NCBI GenBank assembly: GCA_949299195.1
Contig: CASFZN010000018.1
Coordinates: forward strand, 262,129-326,128
Direction of reading: 5' to 3'
Length of the DNA: 64,000 nt
DNA from: an uncultured bacterium
Lineage (GTDB): Bacteria; Bacillota_I; Bacilli_A; RFN20; CAG-826
In this document: positions 50,179-60,207 of the stretch, piece after piece
How the letters are laid out: every line of letters begins with the position of its first letter
Position numbering within the stretch: position 1 is the first letter of the stretch
The notes under the pieces: generated by a model
Seen by the model: only the letters and a program-made list of their open reading frames with translations
Told to the model about the DNA's origin: nothing
The model's database searches: none
Translations under genes and position numbers: made by a program

Positions 50179-51096
50179 ATGGCATTTTATTTAGTTTCTG
50201 GTGATTTAGTAAACATGGAAGTTGATTGCATTGTCGCAAACGCCAATGTCAATTTAAAAATGGTTGAAGGCGTAACTCGTGCAATTTTTCATAAGGCTGG
50301 AGATGTTGAGATGTTAAAGGCTTGTAGAGCAATTGGACACTGCGACGTTGGTAAAGCCGTTATGACTCCATCTTTTGGTATTACAAACACCAAAGCCATT
50401 ATCCATGCAGTTGGTCCTAATTATATAAATGGTAAGCACGGAGAGGAAAAAGCTCTTATTTCTGCTTATAGATCAGTATTTAAAATTATGGATGAAAATA
50501 ATTTTAAATCAGTAGCATTCCCTTTATTATCATCAGATTTTAATTATCCAATTAGAGACGCTTATAAAGTTGCAAGGAAAGAAATTAAAGCATATTTATC
50601 GGATCATTTAGATGTCGATGTCTATATGGTAATTTACTATAAAACAAATTTTGATACCTTCGATGATGATTTTAGAAGTGAAATTAATAATTACGCCTCT
50701 TCTTTATATAAATCAAAAACAACCGTTGATAAAAATATAGTTTCTAACAATAAAGATTTTGTTAAAGCCTTATATGAATTAATGGATAAAAAGAAGATTG
50801 ATGAAAATACTTTAACTTTAAATGCTAATTTAGAATATAAATATTTAGATCGCCTTAAAAATGATGAAACATTCATTCCTAGTAAAGATGCTTTATTATC
50901 GATGGCAGTTGCTTTAGAACTTAAAGTTGAAGAGGTAAATAAATTCTTAGGTTTAATCGGATACGTATTCTCAATTAATACAATCCACGAAATTATTGTA
51001 AGATTCTTTATAGAAAGAAAAGAATATAGCATTTATAGAATAAACGACTTCCTTTTCTATAATAATTTTGATAGCTTATCACACAAAGTATTATAA
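50179..51096 (+). CDS. Macro-domain protein with C-terminal HTH-like domain
   Basis: GDL..MEVDCIV.NAN, IIHAVGP, SVAFPLLSS; C-terminal PSK..L..AVALEL. Confidence 0.85.
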   Translation: MAFYLVSGDLVNMEVDCIVANANVNLKMVEGVTRAIFHKAGDVEMLKACRAIGHCDVGKAVMTPSFGITNTKAIIHAVGPNYINGKHGEEKALISAYRSVFKIMDENNFKSVAFPLLSSDFNYPIRDAYKVARKEIKAYLSDHLDVDVYMVIYYKTNFDTFDDDFRSEINNYASSLYKSKTTVDKNIVSNNKDFVKALYELMDKKKIDENTLTLNANLEYKYLDRLKNDETFIPSKDALLSMAVALELKVEEVNKFLGLIGYVFSINTIHEIIVRFFIERKEYSIYRINDFLFYNNFDSLSHKVL

Positions 51097-51100
51097 GTAT

Positions 51101-51127
51101 AAATGACCTTATTTAAGGTCATTTTTT
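51101..51127 (+). terminator. Intrinsic terminator
   Basis: AAATGACCTTA/TAAGGTCATTT plus T-run. Confidence 0.7.
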
Positions 51128-51208
51128 ATATAGAAAATTGCCCCTTTAAAAGACTATTTAAAGTGCTAAAATAGTAGTTGTGAATATATGACAATTTAGG
51201 AGGATAAT

Positions 51209-52393
51209 ATGTCAAGATTTACATTACCTAGAGATATCTATTATGGAAACGGCTCTTTAGCAGAATTAAAAAATTTAAAAGGTAAAAGAGCTATCGTCGT
51301 TACCGGCGGACATTCTATGAGAGCTAGTGGTTTTTTAGACAAGACCGTTAACTATTTAAAAGAAGCTGGTATGGAAGTTGAACTTTTCGAAGGTGTCGAA
51401 CCAGATCCATCAATCGAAACCGTTATGAAAGGTGCTGAAGCAATGAGAAAATTCGAACCAGATTGGATCGTTTCAATCGGTGGAGGTTCTCCAATTGATG
51501 CAGCAAAAGCTATGTGGGCATTCTATGAACATCCAGATACCACATTCGAAGCATTATGCACCCCATTCAATTTCCCACACTTAAGAGAAAAAGCAAGATT
51601 CTGTGCTATTCCTTCAACTAGTGGTACCGCAACTGAAGTTACTGCATTCTCAGTTATTACTGACTACGCAAAAGGTATTAAATATCCATTAGCAGACTTC
51701 GAAATTACTCCAGATGTCGCTATTGTCGATCCAGAAATCGTTAGAGGTTTACCAAAAGTACAAGTTGCTTATACCGGAATGGATGCTTTAACTCACGCAG
51801 TTGAGTCATATGTTGGTACAATCGCTACTCCATTCACTGAATGCTTATCATTAAAAGCAATTCAAATGGTCAATACTTACTTAGTTGATTCCTATAACAA
51901 TCCAGAAGGTAAAGGTAGAGAAGAAATGCACTATGCTCAATGTTTAGCAGGTATGGCATTCTCAAACGCTTTACTTGGTATCGTTCACTCAATGGCTCAT
52001 AAGAGTGGTGCTGCATTCTCAACCGGTCACATTCCACACGGATGTGCTAACGCAATGTATTTACCACACGTCATTGAATATAATGCAAACAACAAAGTCG
52101 CATTAGAAAGATATGCTCAAATTGCAACTGCATTAGGTATTCAAGGACATGATGCACATGAACAAACTCAAGGTTTAATCAATAGAATTCATGAATTAAA
52201 TACTTTATTAGGTATTCCACACTCAATGCAAGAATTTGGTGTTAAAGAAGATGAATTCCTAGAAAAATTACCACACATTGCTCATGAAGCAGTTGGAGAT
52301 GCTTGTACTGGAACTAACCCAAATCCAATTGATGACAAAACAATGGAAGAGCTCTTCAAATGCTGCTACTATAACATTCCATATAAATTCTAA
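51209..52393 (+). CDS. Iron-containing alcohol dehydrogenase (butanol dehydrogenase type)
   Basis: RFTLPRDIY.G, GGGSPIDAAK, DALTHAVE, HSMAHK, PHGCANA. Confidence 0.93.
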   Translation: MSRFTLPRDIYYGNGSLAELKNLKGKRAIVVTGGHSMRASGFLDKTVNYLKEAGMEVELFEGVEPDPSIETVMKGAEAMRKFEPDWIVSIGGGSPIDAAKAMWAFYEHPDTTFEALCTPFNFPHLREKARFCAIPSTSGTATEVTAFSVITDYAKGIKYPLADFEITPDVAIVDPEIVRGLPKVQVAYTGMDALTHAVESYVGTIATPFTECLSLKAIQMVNTYLVDSYNNPEGKGREEMHYAQCLAGMAFSNALLGIVHSMAHKSGAAFSTGHIPHGCANAMYLPHVIEYNANNKVALERYAQIATALGIQGHDAHEQTQGLINRIHELNTLLGIPHSMQEFGVKEDEFLEKLPHIAHEAVGDACTGTNPNPIDDKTMEELFKCCYYNIPYKF

Positions 52394-52429
52394 TCTAGTA
52401 AATATAAATTAAAGAATTAAATGAATGTT

Positions 52430-52461
52430 AAAGATGGATAAAATTTTATCCATCTTTTTTT
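52430..52461 (+). terminator. Intrinsic terminator
   Basis: AAAGATGGATAAAA/TTTTATCCATCTTT plus T-run. Confidence 0.7.
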
Positions 52462-52495
52462 AACAATATATAAATATTTGATATAATTTTAAGGT

Positions 52496-55327
52496 ATGTC
52501 AAATAGTGATGAAATTAAGATAAAAGGTGCGAAAGAAAATAACCTTAAAAATATAGATTTAGTCTTACCAAAAAATAAACTTATTGTCTTTACAGGAGTA
52601 TCAGGAAGTGGAAAATCCACCCTAGCCTTCGATACTATTTTTGCTGAAGGACAAAGAAGATATGTAGAAAGTTTATCTAGCTACGCTAGACAGTTTTTAG
52701 GTAGTTTTGAAAAACCAGATGTTGAAAGTATCGAAGGTTTATCCCCTTCCATTTCAATCGATCAAAAATCTACCTCTCATAACCCTCGTTCAACTGTTGG
52801 TACTGTTACTGAAATTTATGATTATTTAAGATTACTTTATTCTCGAATTGGAGTCCCTTATTGTCCACATCATCATATCCCAATTGTTGCCTATTCTATT
52901 CCTAAAATAGTCGATTTAATAATGAACAATGAAGAAGGAAGTAAGATTGTAATTATGGCTCCTGTTGTTAAAAAAGAAAAAGGAACCCATAAGGCAACAT
53001 TAGAAAAAATTGCTAAAAATGGCTTTGTTAGAGTTAGAGTTAATGGGGAAATAAAACGTATTGAAGAAATAAAAGACTTAGAAAAGAATATTAAGCATTC
53101 TATCGATATTGTTATCGATAGAATTGTTAATAAACCAGATATTAATTCAAGATTATTTGAAGATATTGAAACTGCTACTAACTGGGGAAATGGTTTTGTT
53201 ATTGTATTAATAAATAATGAAGAAAAATTATATTCTTCGCATAACGCTTGTCCTGAATGTGGTTATACTATCCCAAAACTTGAACCTAGATTATTCTCTT
53301 TTAATAATCCTTTAGGATGCTGTCCTTCTTGTAATGGACTTGGTATAAAACAAGAAGTAGATCTTTCTTTATTAGTACCAGATCCTAATTTGTCAATTAA
53401 TGAAGGCGCCATTCTTTATTATAAATACACTGTTAATACCACCAATTTAGATTGGGCACAATTTAAGGTTTTACTCAATCATTATCATATTTCTTGTGAT
53501 AAACCTTTTAAAGATTTAACTGAAGATGAAGTTGATATTATTTTAAATGGTTCTAGAGAAATTATTGATTATACTTTAACAAGTAGTAGTGGAAACACTA
53601 ATAAAAAACACGGATATATTGAAGGCGTAAAAACCAGAATTGAAAGGCTTTATAATGAAACAAGTAGTGAATTTAACCGTCAATACTACGCTAAATTTTT
53701 AAAAGATACCATTTGCACAACCTGTAATGGAGCTAGACTCAATGAAAGTGTTTTAAATGTATTTATCGATAATAAATCTATTTATGATGTTTGTTTACTA
53801 ACTCTTGATAAGTTATATGAATGGATTAACGATTTAAAATTTAAATTGAGTGAAAATCAACTAAATATCGCTTCGCTTATATTAAATGAAATTACTAATA
53901 GAACTAAATTTTTGTTAGATGTTGGATTAGAATATTTAACTCTTGCTAGATACGCAATGTCTCTTTCAGGAGGAGAAGCCCAAAGAATTAGACTTGCTAC
54001 TCAAATTGGAAGTAAATTATCAGGTGTTTTATATGTTTTAGATGAACCTTCAATTGGTTTACACCAAAGAGATAGTGCAAAACTTATCGCTTCTTTAAAA
54101 GAAATGAGGGATTTAGGAAATACTTTAATTGTTGTCGAACATGATGAAGAAATGATTAAAGCTGCCGATTATATCGTTGATGTTGGACCAAAAGCCGGAA
54201 TTCATGGTGGTGAAATTGTTGCTAAAGGTTCTTTAAAAGATATTGAAGAGAACAAAAACTCTTTAACCGGAGATTATTTAAGTGGTAGAAAGGAAATTAA
54301 AGTTCCTACCTTTAGAAGAAAAGGTAACGGCAAATTTATCGAACTTAAAGGGGCAACTTTAAATAACTTAAAACACGTTGATATTAAGATTCCTTTGGGT
54401 AGTTTTGTTGCAGTTACAGGAGTTTCAGGAAGTGGAAAATCTTCCCTTATTAACGAAACTTTATATAGTGCAATTTATACAAAACTATATAAAGTTAAAA
54501 CTTTCTGTGGACCATATGATGAATTGCTTGGACTCGAAAATATCGATAAAGTCGTTAATATTTCTCAAGAACCAATCGGTAAAACTCCTAGATCAAATCC
54601 GGCCACATATGTAAAAGCGTTCGATGATATTCGTGATATTTTTGCTCTTACTCCTGAAGCTAAAGCCAGAGGTTTTAATAAATCTAGATTTTCTTTCAAT
54701 ATGCCTGGAGGAAGATGTGAACACTGCCAAGGAGCCGGAGTTACTCGTATTCCAATGAATTTTTTACCTGACGTTTATGTTAAATGTGATGAATGCGATG
54801 GTAAAAGATATAATATCGAAACTTTATCATGCTTATATAAAGGTAAAAATATTTATGATATTTTAGAAATGAGCATTGAAGAAGCTTATGATTTCTTTAA
54901 AAATCACCGAAAACTTGCGCATAAACTTAAAACTTTAAATGATGTAGGATTAGGTTATTTAAAATTAGGTCAAAATGCTGTTACTCTTTCAGGTGGTGAA
55001 GCTCAAAGAGTTAAACTAGCTTATTATTTAGAAAGAAAGCCTACTGGAAAGAGTTTATATATTCTTGATGAACCTACAACCGGCCTTCATACAGATGATG
55101 TTGCAAGATTAATTAAAGTATTGAATGAAATCGTTGAGCACGGCGATACTGTAGTTGTTATTGAACATAATCTTGATGTTATAAAAGTTGCCGATTATAT
55201 CATTGATTTAGGACCAGAAGGTGGAGATAAGGGAGGAAGAGTTGTTGCTAAGGGTACACCAGAAGAAGTAGCAAAAAATCTTTCATCCTTTACAGGAGAA
55301 TATTTAAATAAAGTATTAAAGAAATAA
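52496..55327 (+). CDS. uvrA: Excinuclease ABC subunit A
   Basis: Two GVSGSGKS, AEGQRRYVES, zinc fingers, LSGGEAQR twice. Confidence 0.98.
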   Translation: MSNSDEIKIKGAKENNLKNIDLVLPKNKLIVFTGVSGSGKSTLAFDTIFAEGQRRYVESLSSYARQFLGSFEKPDVESIEGLSPSISIDQKSTSHNPRSTVGTVTEIYDYLRLLYSRIGVPYCPHHHIPIVAYSIPKIVDLIMNNEEGSKIVIMAPVVKKEKGTHKATLEKIAKNGFVRVRVNGEIKRIEEIKDLEKNIKHSIDIVIDRIVNKPDINSRLFEDIETATNWGNGFVIVLINNEEKLYSSHNACPECGYTIPKLEPRLFSFNNPLGCCPSCNGLGIKQEVDLSLLVPDPNLSINEGAILYYKYTVNTTNLDWAQFKVLLNHYHISCDKPFKDLTEDEVDIILNGSREIIDYTLTSSSGNTNKKHGYIEGVKTRIERLYNETSSEFNRQYYAKFLKDTICTTCNGARLNESVLNVFIDNKSIYDVCLLTLDKLYEWINDLKFKLSENQLNIASLILNEITNRTKFLLDVGLEYLTLARYAMSLSGGEAQRIRLATQIGSKLSGVLYVLDEPSIGLHQRDSAKLIASLKEMRDLGNTLIVVEHDEEMIKAADYIVDVGPKAGIHGGEIVAKGSLKDIEENKNSLTGDYLSGRKEIKVPTFRRKGNGKFIELKGATLNNLKHVDIKIPLGSFVAVTGVSGSGKSSLINETLYSAIYTKLYKVKTFCGPYDELLGLENIDKVVNISQEPIGKTPRSNPATYVKAFDDIRDIFALTPEAKARGFNKSRFSFNMPGGRCEHCQGAGVTRIPMNFLPDVYVKCDECDGKRYNIETLSCLYKGKNIYDILEMSIEEAYDFFKNHRKLAHKLKTLNDVGLGYLKLGQNAVTLSGGEAQRVKLAYYLERKPTGKSLYILDEPTTGLHTDDVARLIKVLNEIVEHGDTVVVIEHNLDVIKVADYIIDLGPEGGDKGGRVVAKGTPEEVAKNLSSFTGEYLNKVLKK

Positions 55328-55376
55328 AAATATACGAATATTAGTTTAAAATAGTATGGAAAAGAGGTAAGTAAAT

Positions 55377-56873
55377 ATGAATGAATTTGTTTATTATTTA
55401 GGTTTAATATTGTTCCTTTTTGGACTTATAAGTTTTATTCCTTTTTTAATGAAAATTTATAAAAAAAGAGGTGAATATAAGACCTTAAAAGAGTTTCTTT
55501 TAGCTAAGAAATTATACTTTATTTTACCTCCTATTGCTTTTGCTTTAGGAATCGTATTCCTATGTATTGCTTTTTATAATAACCCCTATACCATCGAATT
55601 TTTAGCCGAAAAAGGATTATCTACAACTTGGTTCCATCAAACCGGAACATATGTATTTGGAATTCTTTTTGCTTTATCTTTATTTTCATTATTTTATATT
55701 CTTTACATTAAGTTATATTTAGAAAACTTTAATCTAAAAAGAAAGAATTTAAATATTGCGTTAACTATTTCAATTATTGTTACAATCGTTACTTTCTATG
55801 TCTTTGGAGAATGTAACGCTCCTTATTTAGAATATCCTCTTGCAAATGGCGTATATATTGGTGCTCAAGGCATTAAACTTATTAATACCTATACTCAAGG
55901 AATAGATTATTCAAATGGATTTACTATTTATTTATATGCAATATTCATCCTTTTTGGAGCTTGTTTAGTCCTTTATGTTTGTGATTATAAATTATATAAA
56001 ATCTATGGAAAGCATGATTTAATTACCAATACCTTCCTAGTTGGTTTCCCTTGTGGAATTGTCGGTGCTAGACTTTGGTATGTTGTACTTGATGTCTCAT
56101 CAGGTGGTACCAATTTTACAGGTTCAAACTGGGTAAACATCTTTAATTTTAGAGATGGCGGACTTGGTATTATGGGTGGCGCTATCTTAGGAATTATTGG
56201 AGGTGTTAGCCAAATTTTAATTGTTAAATATGGAACTAAGAATCCAAATTATAAGAATTTTGATTTACTTCAAGCAGCTGATATTATCGTTCCATGCATT
56301 TTATTTGCTCAAGCAATCGGAAGACTTGGAAACTTCTTTAATAACGAAGTATATGGTGGATTAGTTGATATTTCTTATTGGGAATGGCTACCTACTTGGA
56401 TTAAAAATAATATGTATTTTCAACACGGAAGCGTTCTTCCTGGACAATCATTAAGTGAAATGATGAATAATGGAGTATTTTCTATGCCGCTATTTTTTAT
56501 TGAATTCTGCACAAATTTAGCAGGTTACTTCATCTTAGAGTATGGAATTAGACATGGATTAAAGAAAATCCATAGTGATGGAACTTTAATTGGTGGATAT
56601 TTAATTTGGTATGGCTTAACTAGAGTCATCTTAGAACCATTAAGAACCAGCGCAGATTATTATGGAACTAGTGAAATTACTGCCTGGGTAATGGTAATTA
56701 TTGGAGTAATAATTGTCATCTTCTTTGTTATTAATAATTATGTATTTAAGAAAAAAGAATTACTTTGGTATAAGAAAAAAGAAGTTGTCACTAATGAAGG
56801 AGTAACTTTAAGTACTAATGAACCTGAAAAAGAAGAAGAACCTTCAAAAGAAAATAACGATAAAAAGGAATAA
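55377..56873 (+). CDS. lgt: Prolipoprotein diacylglyceryl transferase with ~180-aa N-terminal membrane extension
   Basis: GARLWYV, GGLGIMGG, QAIGRLGNFFNNEVYG, YGLTRVILEPLR. Confidence 0.9.
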   Translation: MNEFVYYLGLILFLFGLISFIPFLMKIYKKRGEYKTLKEFLLAKKLYFILPPIAFALGIVFLCIAFYNNPYTIEFLAEKGLSTTWFHQTGTYVFGILFALSLFSLFYILYIKLYLENFNLKRKNLNIALTISIIVTIVTFYVFGECNAPYLEYPLANGVYIGAQGIKLINTYTQGIDYSNGFTIYLYAIFILFGACLVLYVCDYKLYKIYGKHDLITNTFLVGFPCGIVGARLWYVVLDVSSGGTNFTGSNWVNIFNFRDGGLGIMGGAILGIIGGVSQILIVKYGTKNPNYKNFDLLQAADIIVPCILFAQAIGRLGNFFNNEVYGGLVDISYWEWLPTWIKNNMYFQHGSVLPGQSLSEMMNNGVFSMPLFFIEFCTNLAGYFILEYGIRHGLKKIHSDGTLIGGYLIWYGLTRVILEPLRTSADYYGTSEITAWVMVIIGVIIVIFFVINNYVFKKKELLWYKKKEVVTNEGVTLSTNEPEKEEEPSKENNDKKE

Positions 56874-56906
56874 ATAATAGGTATTAAATTAATTAAAAAA
56901 ATAATT

Positions 56907-57560
56907 ATGGTTAAACTTTTAGTTTTTGATATGGATGGAACAATTATTGATTCCGATATTATTCTTTATAAGACCTGGCAAGAACTTTATGATCTTTATA
57001 ATGGTCATAAAGTATTTGATATTAAAAAAATAAGTGAATATTCAGGTCCACCTTTAGATTATGCTATTAATGATGCTTTTAAAGATTATGAGGACAAAGA
57101 ATTTATTAGGAAAGAATATCGAAAAAGAACTAAAAAATATTATGATACCGATTTAACTCTTTTTCCTAATACCTATGAGGTATTAAAGAAAATACACGAT
57201 GAACATCATATAAAGTTTGGAATCTTTACCGCTAAAACCTTAGAAATGACTAAATACTGTTTAGATAAATATAATCTAACTGAATTATTTGATGATTTTA
57301 TTACCTGTGATTCAATCTTTCCTCCTAAACCAAATAAGGAAGGAATAGAATATTTAATAAATAAATATAAATTAAATAATGATGAAATAATTATGGTAGG
57401 AGATACTATTAATGATGCTTTAGTAGCTTCTAATTCTAATATTAAGTCAATTATTTTTATGATGCATGAAAGAAAAGATATCGATAAGGTAAAAATTACT
57501 AAAAAAGTAAATAATTATTTAGAATTTTATGATTATTTGTTAAATGAAAAATTAATATAA
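56907..57560 (+). CDS. HAD-superfamily hydrolase (PpaX-like)
   Basis: FDMDGTIIDS, KP, MVGDT.ND; follows lgt as in Bacilli. Confidence 0.88.
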   Translation: MVKLLVFDMDGTIIDSDIILYKTWQELYDLYNGHKVFDIKKISEYSGPPLDYAINDAFKDYEDKEFIRKEYRKRTKKYYDTDLTLFPNTYEVLKKIHDEHHIKFGIFTAKTLEMTKYCLDKYNLTELFDDFITCDSIFPPKPNKEGIEYLINKYKLNNDEIIMVGDTINDALVASNSNIKSIIFMMHERKDIDKVKITKKVNNYLEFYDYLLNEKLI

Positions 57561-57593
57561 TAAAATAAAAGTAATTTATAAAGATATATACAT

Positions 57594-58559
57594 ATGAAAG
57601 AAGAATTATCTTTTGCAAAAATAGTTAAAGAAGAAATAACCACTAATGAATTTAATAGAGATATTAATATTTCTTTATTATCTTCATTTTTAAAGTGCTC
57701 TGCACATTTACAAATTAAAGATAATAAAGAAAGAATCTTAATAAAGAGTGAAAACGCAAAAGTAATTCGATATATCTATAACATCCTAAAAAAAGAATTT
57801 AAAAATATAAACCTTACTTTCTCATATCGAAAATCGATGAGATTTAATAAATCTACCGAATACATTATCAATGTTTTAAATCAGGTAGATGAATTATTAG
57901 AAGAATTAAAATTAGACTTTTTATCCACAAAAATCCATAAAGATTTAATAGATAAAGATGAGAAAATAAGAGGATATATGATTGGGTTATTTCTTTCTAA
58001 AGGAAGTATTTCTAATCCTCAAACCTCTAATTATCATTTTGAATTCTATGTAAATAGTGAAGAATATGCTCAAAATATTTTAAAACTCACTTCTAAAATA
58101 AAGGTTTATTATTTTGAATTCAAAATGATAAAAAGAAGAAATAACTATGTTTTATATTTAAAAAAGAGCGAACAAATAGGTAGTTTTTTAGCATATATGG
58201 ACGCATATAATTCAAGTTTAGAATATGAAGGATTAAGACTAGAAAGAGATATGTCTAATTCTGTTAATAGAATGCAAAATCTTGATTTATATAACTATAA
58301 AAAGAGTATAAAAAATAGTGAAGAATTAATCGATTTAATTAAATATATTGATAAGAAGTTAGGAATTAAAAATATAAATAACGAGAAAGTTAGAGAACTA
58401 TGTTATTTAAGAATGGAACATCCAGAAGCTTCCTATCAAGAGTTAGCAACATTTTTATCGATAAAACTCGATAAAAATGTCTCTAAAAGTAACGTCAATC
58501 ACATAATAATTAGAATAAGAGAAATCGGAGAAAGATTGAATTATGGAAAAGAAGATTAG
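57594..58559 (+). CDS. whiA: DNA-binding protein WhiA
   Basis: SFAKIVKEE, GLFLSKGSISNP..YHFE, YLKKSEQI, NR..N.D, SKSNVNH. Confidence 0.93.
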   Translation: MKEELSFAKIVKEEITTNEFNRDINISLLSSFLKCSAHLQIKDNKERILIKSENAKVIRYIYNILKKEFKNINLTFSYRKSMRFNKSTEYIINVLNQVDELLEELKLDFLSTKIHKDLIDKDEKIRGYMIGLFLSKGSISNPQTSNYHFEFYVNSEEYAQNILKLTSKIKVYYFEFKMIKRRNNYVLYLKKSEQIGSFLAYMDAYNSSLEYEGLRLERDMSNSVNRMQNLDLYNYKKSIKNSEELIDLIKYIDKKLGIKNINNEKVRELCYLRMEHPEASYQELATFLSIKLDKNVSKSNVNHIIIRIREIGERLNYGKED

Positions 58560-58797
58560 AAATGTTAAAAAAGATTTAGCAGACCATTTAAGGGATCTTC
58601 GCTTAGATAGAAATCTTTCTCAAGAAGAAGCTGCAAAGATGTGCGGATTAAGCAAATCTTATTATTGTGAATTAGAAAACGGGGTAAGAAATCCTACTTT
58701 AGAGATTCTATATAGAATAGCTTTAGGCTTTGATATTGAAATGGAGGAGTTATTTCATAATGTTGGTAAATCATCTATTATAAATACGAAAAAATAG
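58543..58797 (+). CDS. XRE-family HTH regulator
   Basis: LRDLRLDRNLSQEEAA..GLSKSYY.ELENG.RNPTL. Confidence 0.9.
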   Translation: MEKKIRNVKKDLADHLRDLRLDRNLSQEEAAKMCGLSKSYYCELENGVRNPTLEILYRIALGFDIEMEELFHNVGKSSIINTKK

Positions 58798-58807
58798 GGA
58801 GGAAAAA

Positions 58808-58823
58808 GTTTCCACGTGGAAAC
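58808..58823. repeat. parS-like palindrome copy 9
   Basis: Perfect, 10 nt after the XRE stop. Confidence 0.88.
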
Positions 58824-58851
58824 TTTATGTATAAATAGCAGTTTTCTAGTA

Positions 58852-58879
58852 TACTAAAAAACTCCTAAAATTAGGTTTT
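58852..58879. repeat. 28-bp intergenic element, copy B
   Basis: TACTAAAAAACTCCTAAAATTAGGTTTT; overlaps 24-bp imperfect palindrome 58840-58863. Confidence 0.55.
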
Positions 58880-58910
58880 GATAGAATTATGAAGAAATAA
58901 TTTAATACTT

Positions 58911-60188
58911 ATGTTACAAAGTTTAAAAAGATTATATATTCAAGGTCCTGGACCTTCTTCATCTCATACAATTGGGCCATATAAAGCTGCAATTGATTTT
59001 TTAGAGTCTGAAGTAACTATAGAAAAATTACCTTTGCTTAAAGAGATAGAAGTAACTTTATATGGCTCTTTAGCACTCACCGGAAAAGGACATTTAACCG
59101 ATAAAATTATTAAAGACACTTTAAAAGAATCGCTAGATAAAAATATAGAAAATTCTGATAATATCGAGATTTTAATTAAATTTGATATTAAAAAATCTAC
59201 TCTTAAGCATCCTAATACAATGAAGTTTAAAGCTTATTTTAAGGGCGAAAATATTGAAGGAATTAAAGCCACCTATTATTCTATTGGAGGTGGAGAGATT
59301 CTTAAAAACTCTTTAGAAAAAAGAAAGAAGAAGTTTATTTATCCATTCTCATCTTTTAATGAAATAGTTGAATATTGTAATAAAAATAATATTACCGATT
59401 TAAAAGATTTAGTCGATAAATATGAAGATAAAGATATCGATAATTATTTATATGGAATCTTAAATATAATGATTAATAGTGTTAAAGAAGGCTTAACTAT
59501 TGAAGGTAAACTCCCAGGTAAATTATCTTTAGATAGAATCGCTAAAAGATTATATGAAAACACTCTTTCTTTATCTGATTCTGATAATGAAAAAATAATG
59601 ATGTTGCTCACATCTTTTGCTTATGCGGTTGCTGAAAATAATGCATCTGGAAAAATAGTAGTTACATCTCCTACATGTGGAAGTAGTGGTATTATTCCTT
59701 CAATACTTTATTATTTTAAATATTATAAAAATGAATCAGATAAAAGACTTATCGATTCATTAAAAGTGGCTTCTATATTTGGAAATCTTGCTAAAGAAAA
59801 CGCAACAATTTCAGGAGCAGTAGGAGGATGCCAAGCTGAAATAGGAGTAGCCTCTTCTATGGGGGCAGCAATATTCGCATATTTATATAATCTTTCTATT
59901 TATCAAATAGAATATGCAGCTGAACTAGCATTAGAACATTTCTTAGGATTAACCTGTGATCCTGTGGAAGGATACGTTCAAATACCATGTATTGAACGTA
60001 ATGGAATCGGAGTATTAAGAAGCTATAGTGCGGCATTATATGCTAAAAATATCGCTCTTATCCGTAAAAATAGAGTTACATTTGATGAAGTATTAAAAAC
60101 AATGAAATTAACAGGAGATGACTTATCAATCTATTATAAAGAAACCTCTATTGGAGGATTAGCAAAGATTAAAAAACTCGAAGAATAG
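58911..60188 (+). CDS. sdaA: Fe-S L-serine dehydratase (single chain)
   Basis: GPGPSSSHTIGP, YGSLALTGKGH.TD, PTCGSSG, GGCQAE, GLTCDP..G.VQIPCIERN. Confidence 0.93.
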   Translation: MLQSLKRLYIQGPGPSSSHTIGPYKAAIDFLESEVTIEKLPLLKEIEVTLYGSLALTGKGHLTDKIIKDTLKESLDKNIENSDNIEILIKFDIKKSTLKHPNTMKFKAYFKGENIEGIKATYYSIGGGEILKNSLEKRKKKFIYPFSSFNEIVEYCNKNNITDLKDLVDKYEDKDIDNYLYGILNIMINSVKEGLTIEGKLPGKLSLDRIAKRLYENTLSLSDSDNEKIMMLLTSFAYAVAENNASGKIVVTSPTCGSSGIIPSILYYFKYYKNESDKRLIDSLKVASIFGNLAKENATISGAVGGCQAEIGVASSMGAAIFAYLYNLSIYQIEYAAELALEHFLGLTCDPVEGYVQIPCIERNGIGVLRSYSAALYAKNIALIRKNRVTFDEVLKTMKLTGDDLSIYYKETSIGGLAKIKKLEE

Positions 60189-60207
60189 CAATGTTCTTCG
60201 AGTTTTT
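60172..60207. terminator. Bidirectional terminator at the convergent stops of sdaA and the giant ORF
   Basis: AAAAACTCGAAGAA / TTCTTCGAGTTTTT. Confidence 0.7.

Noticed and set aside
55333..55340. TACGAATA (ComX/CIN box) upstream of lgt
   Set aside because: Single copy, not before comFA, no T-rich upstream tract; likely chance
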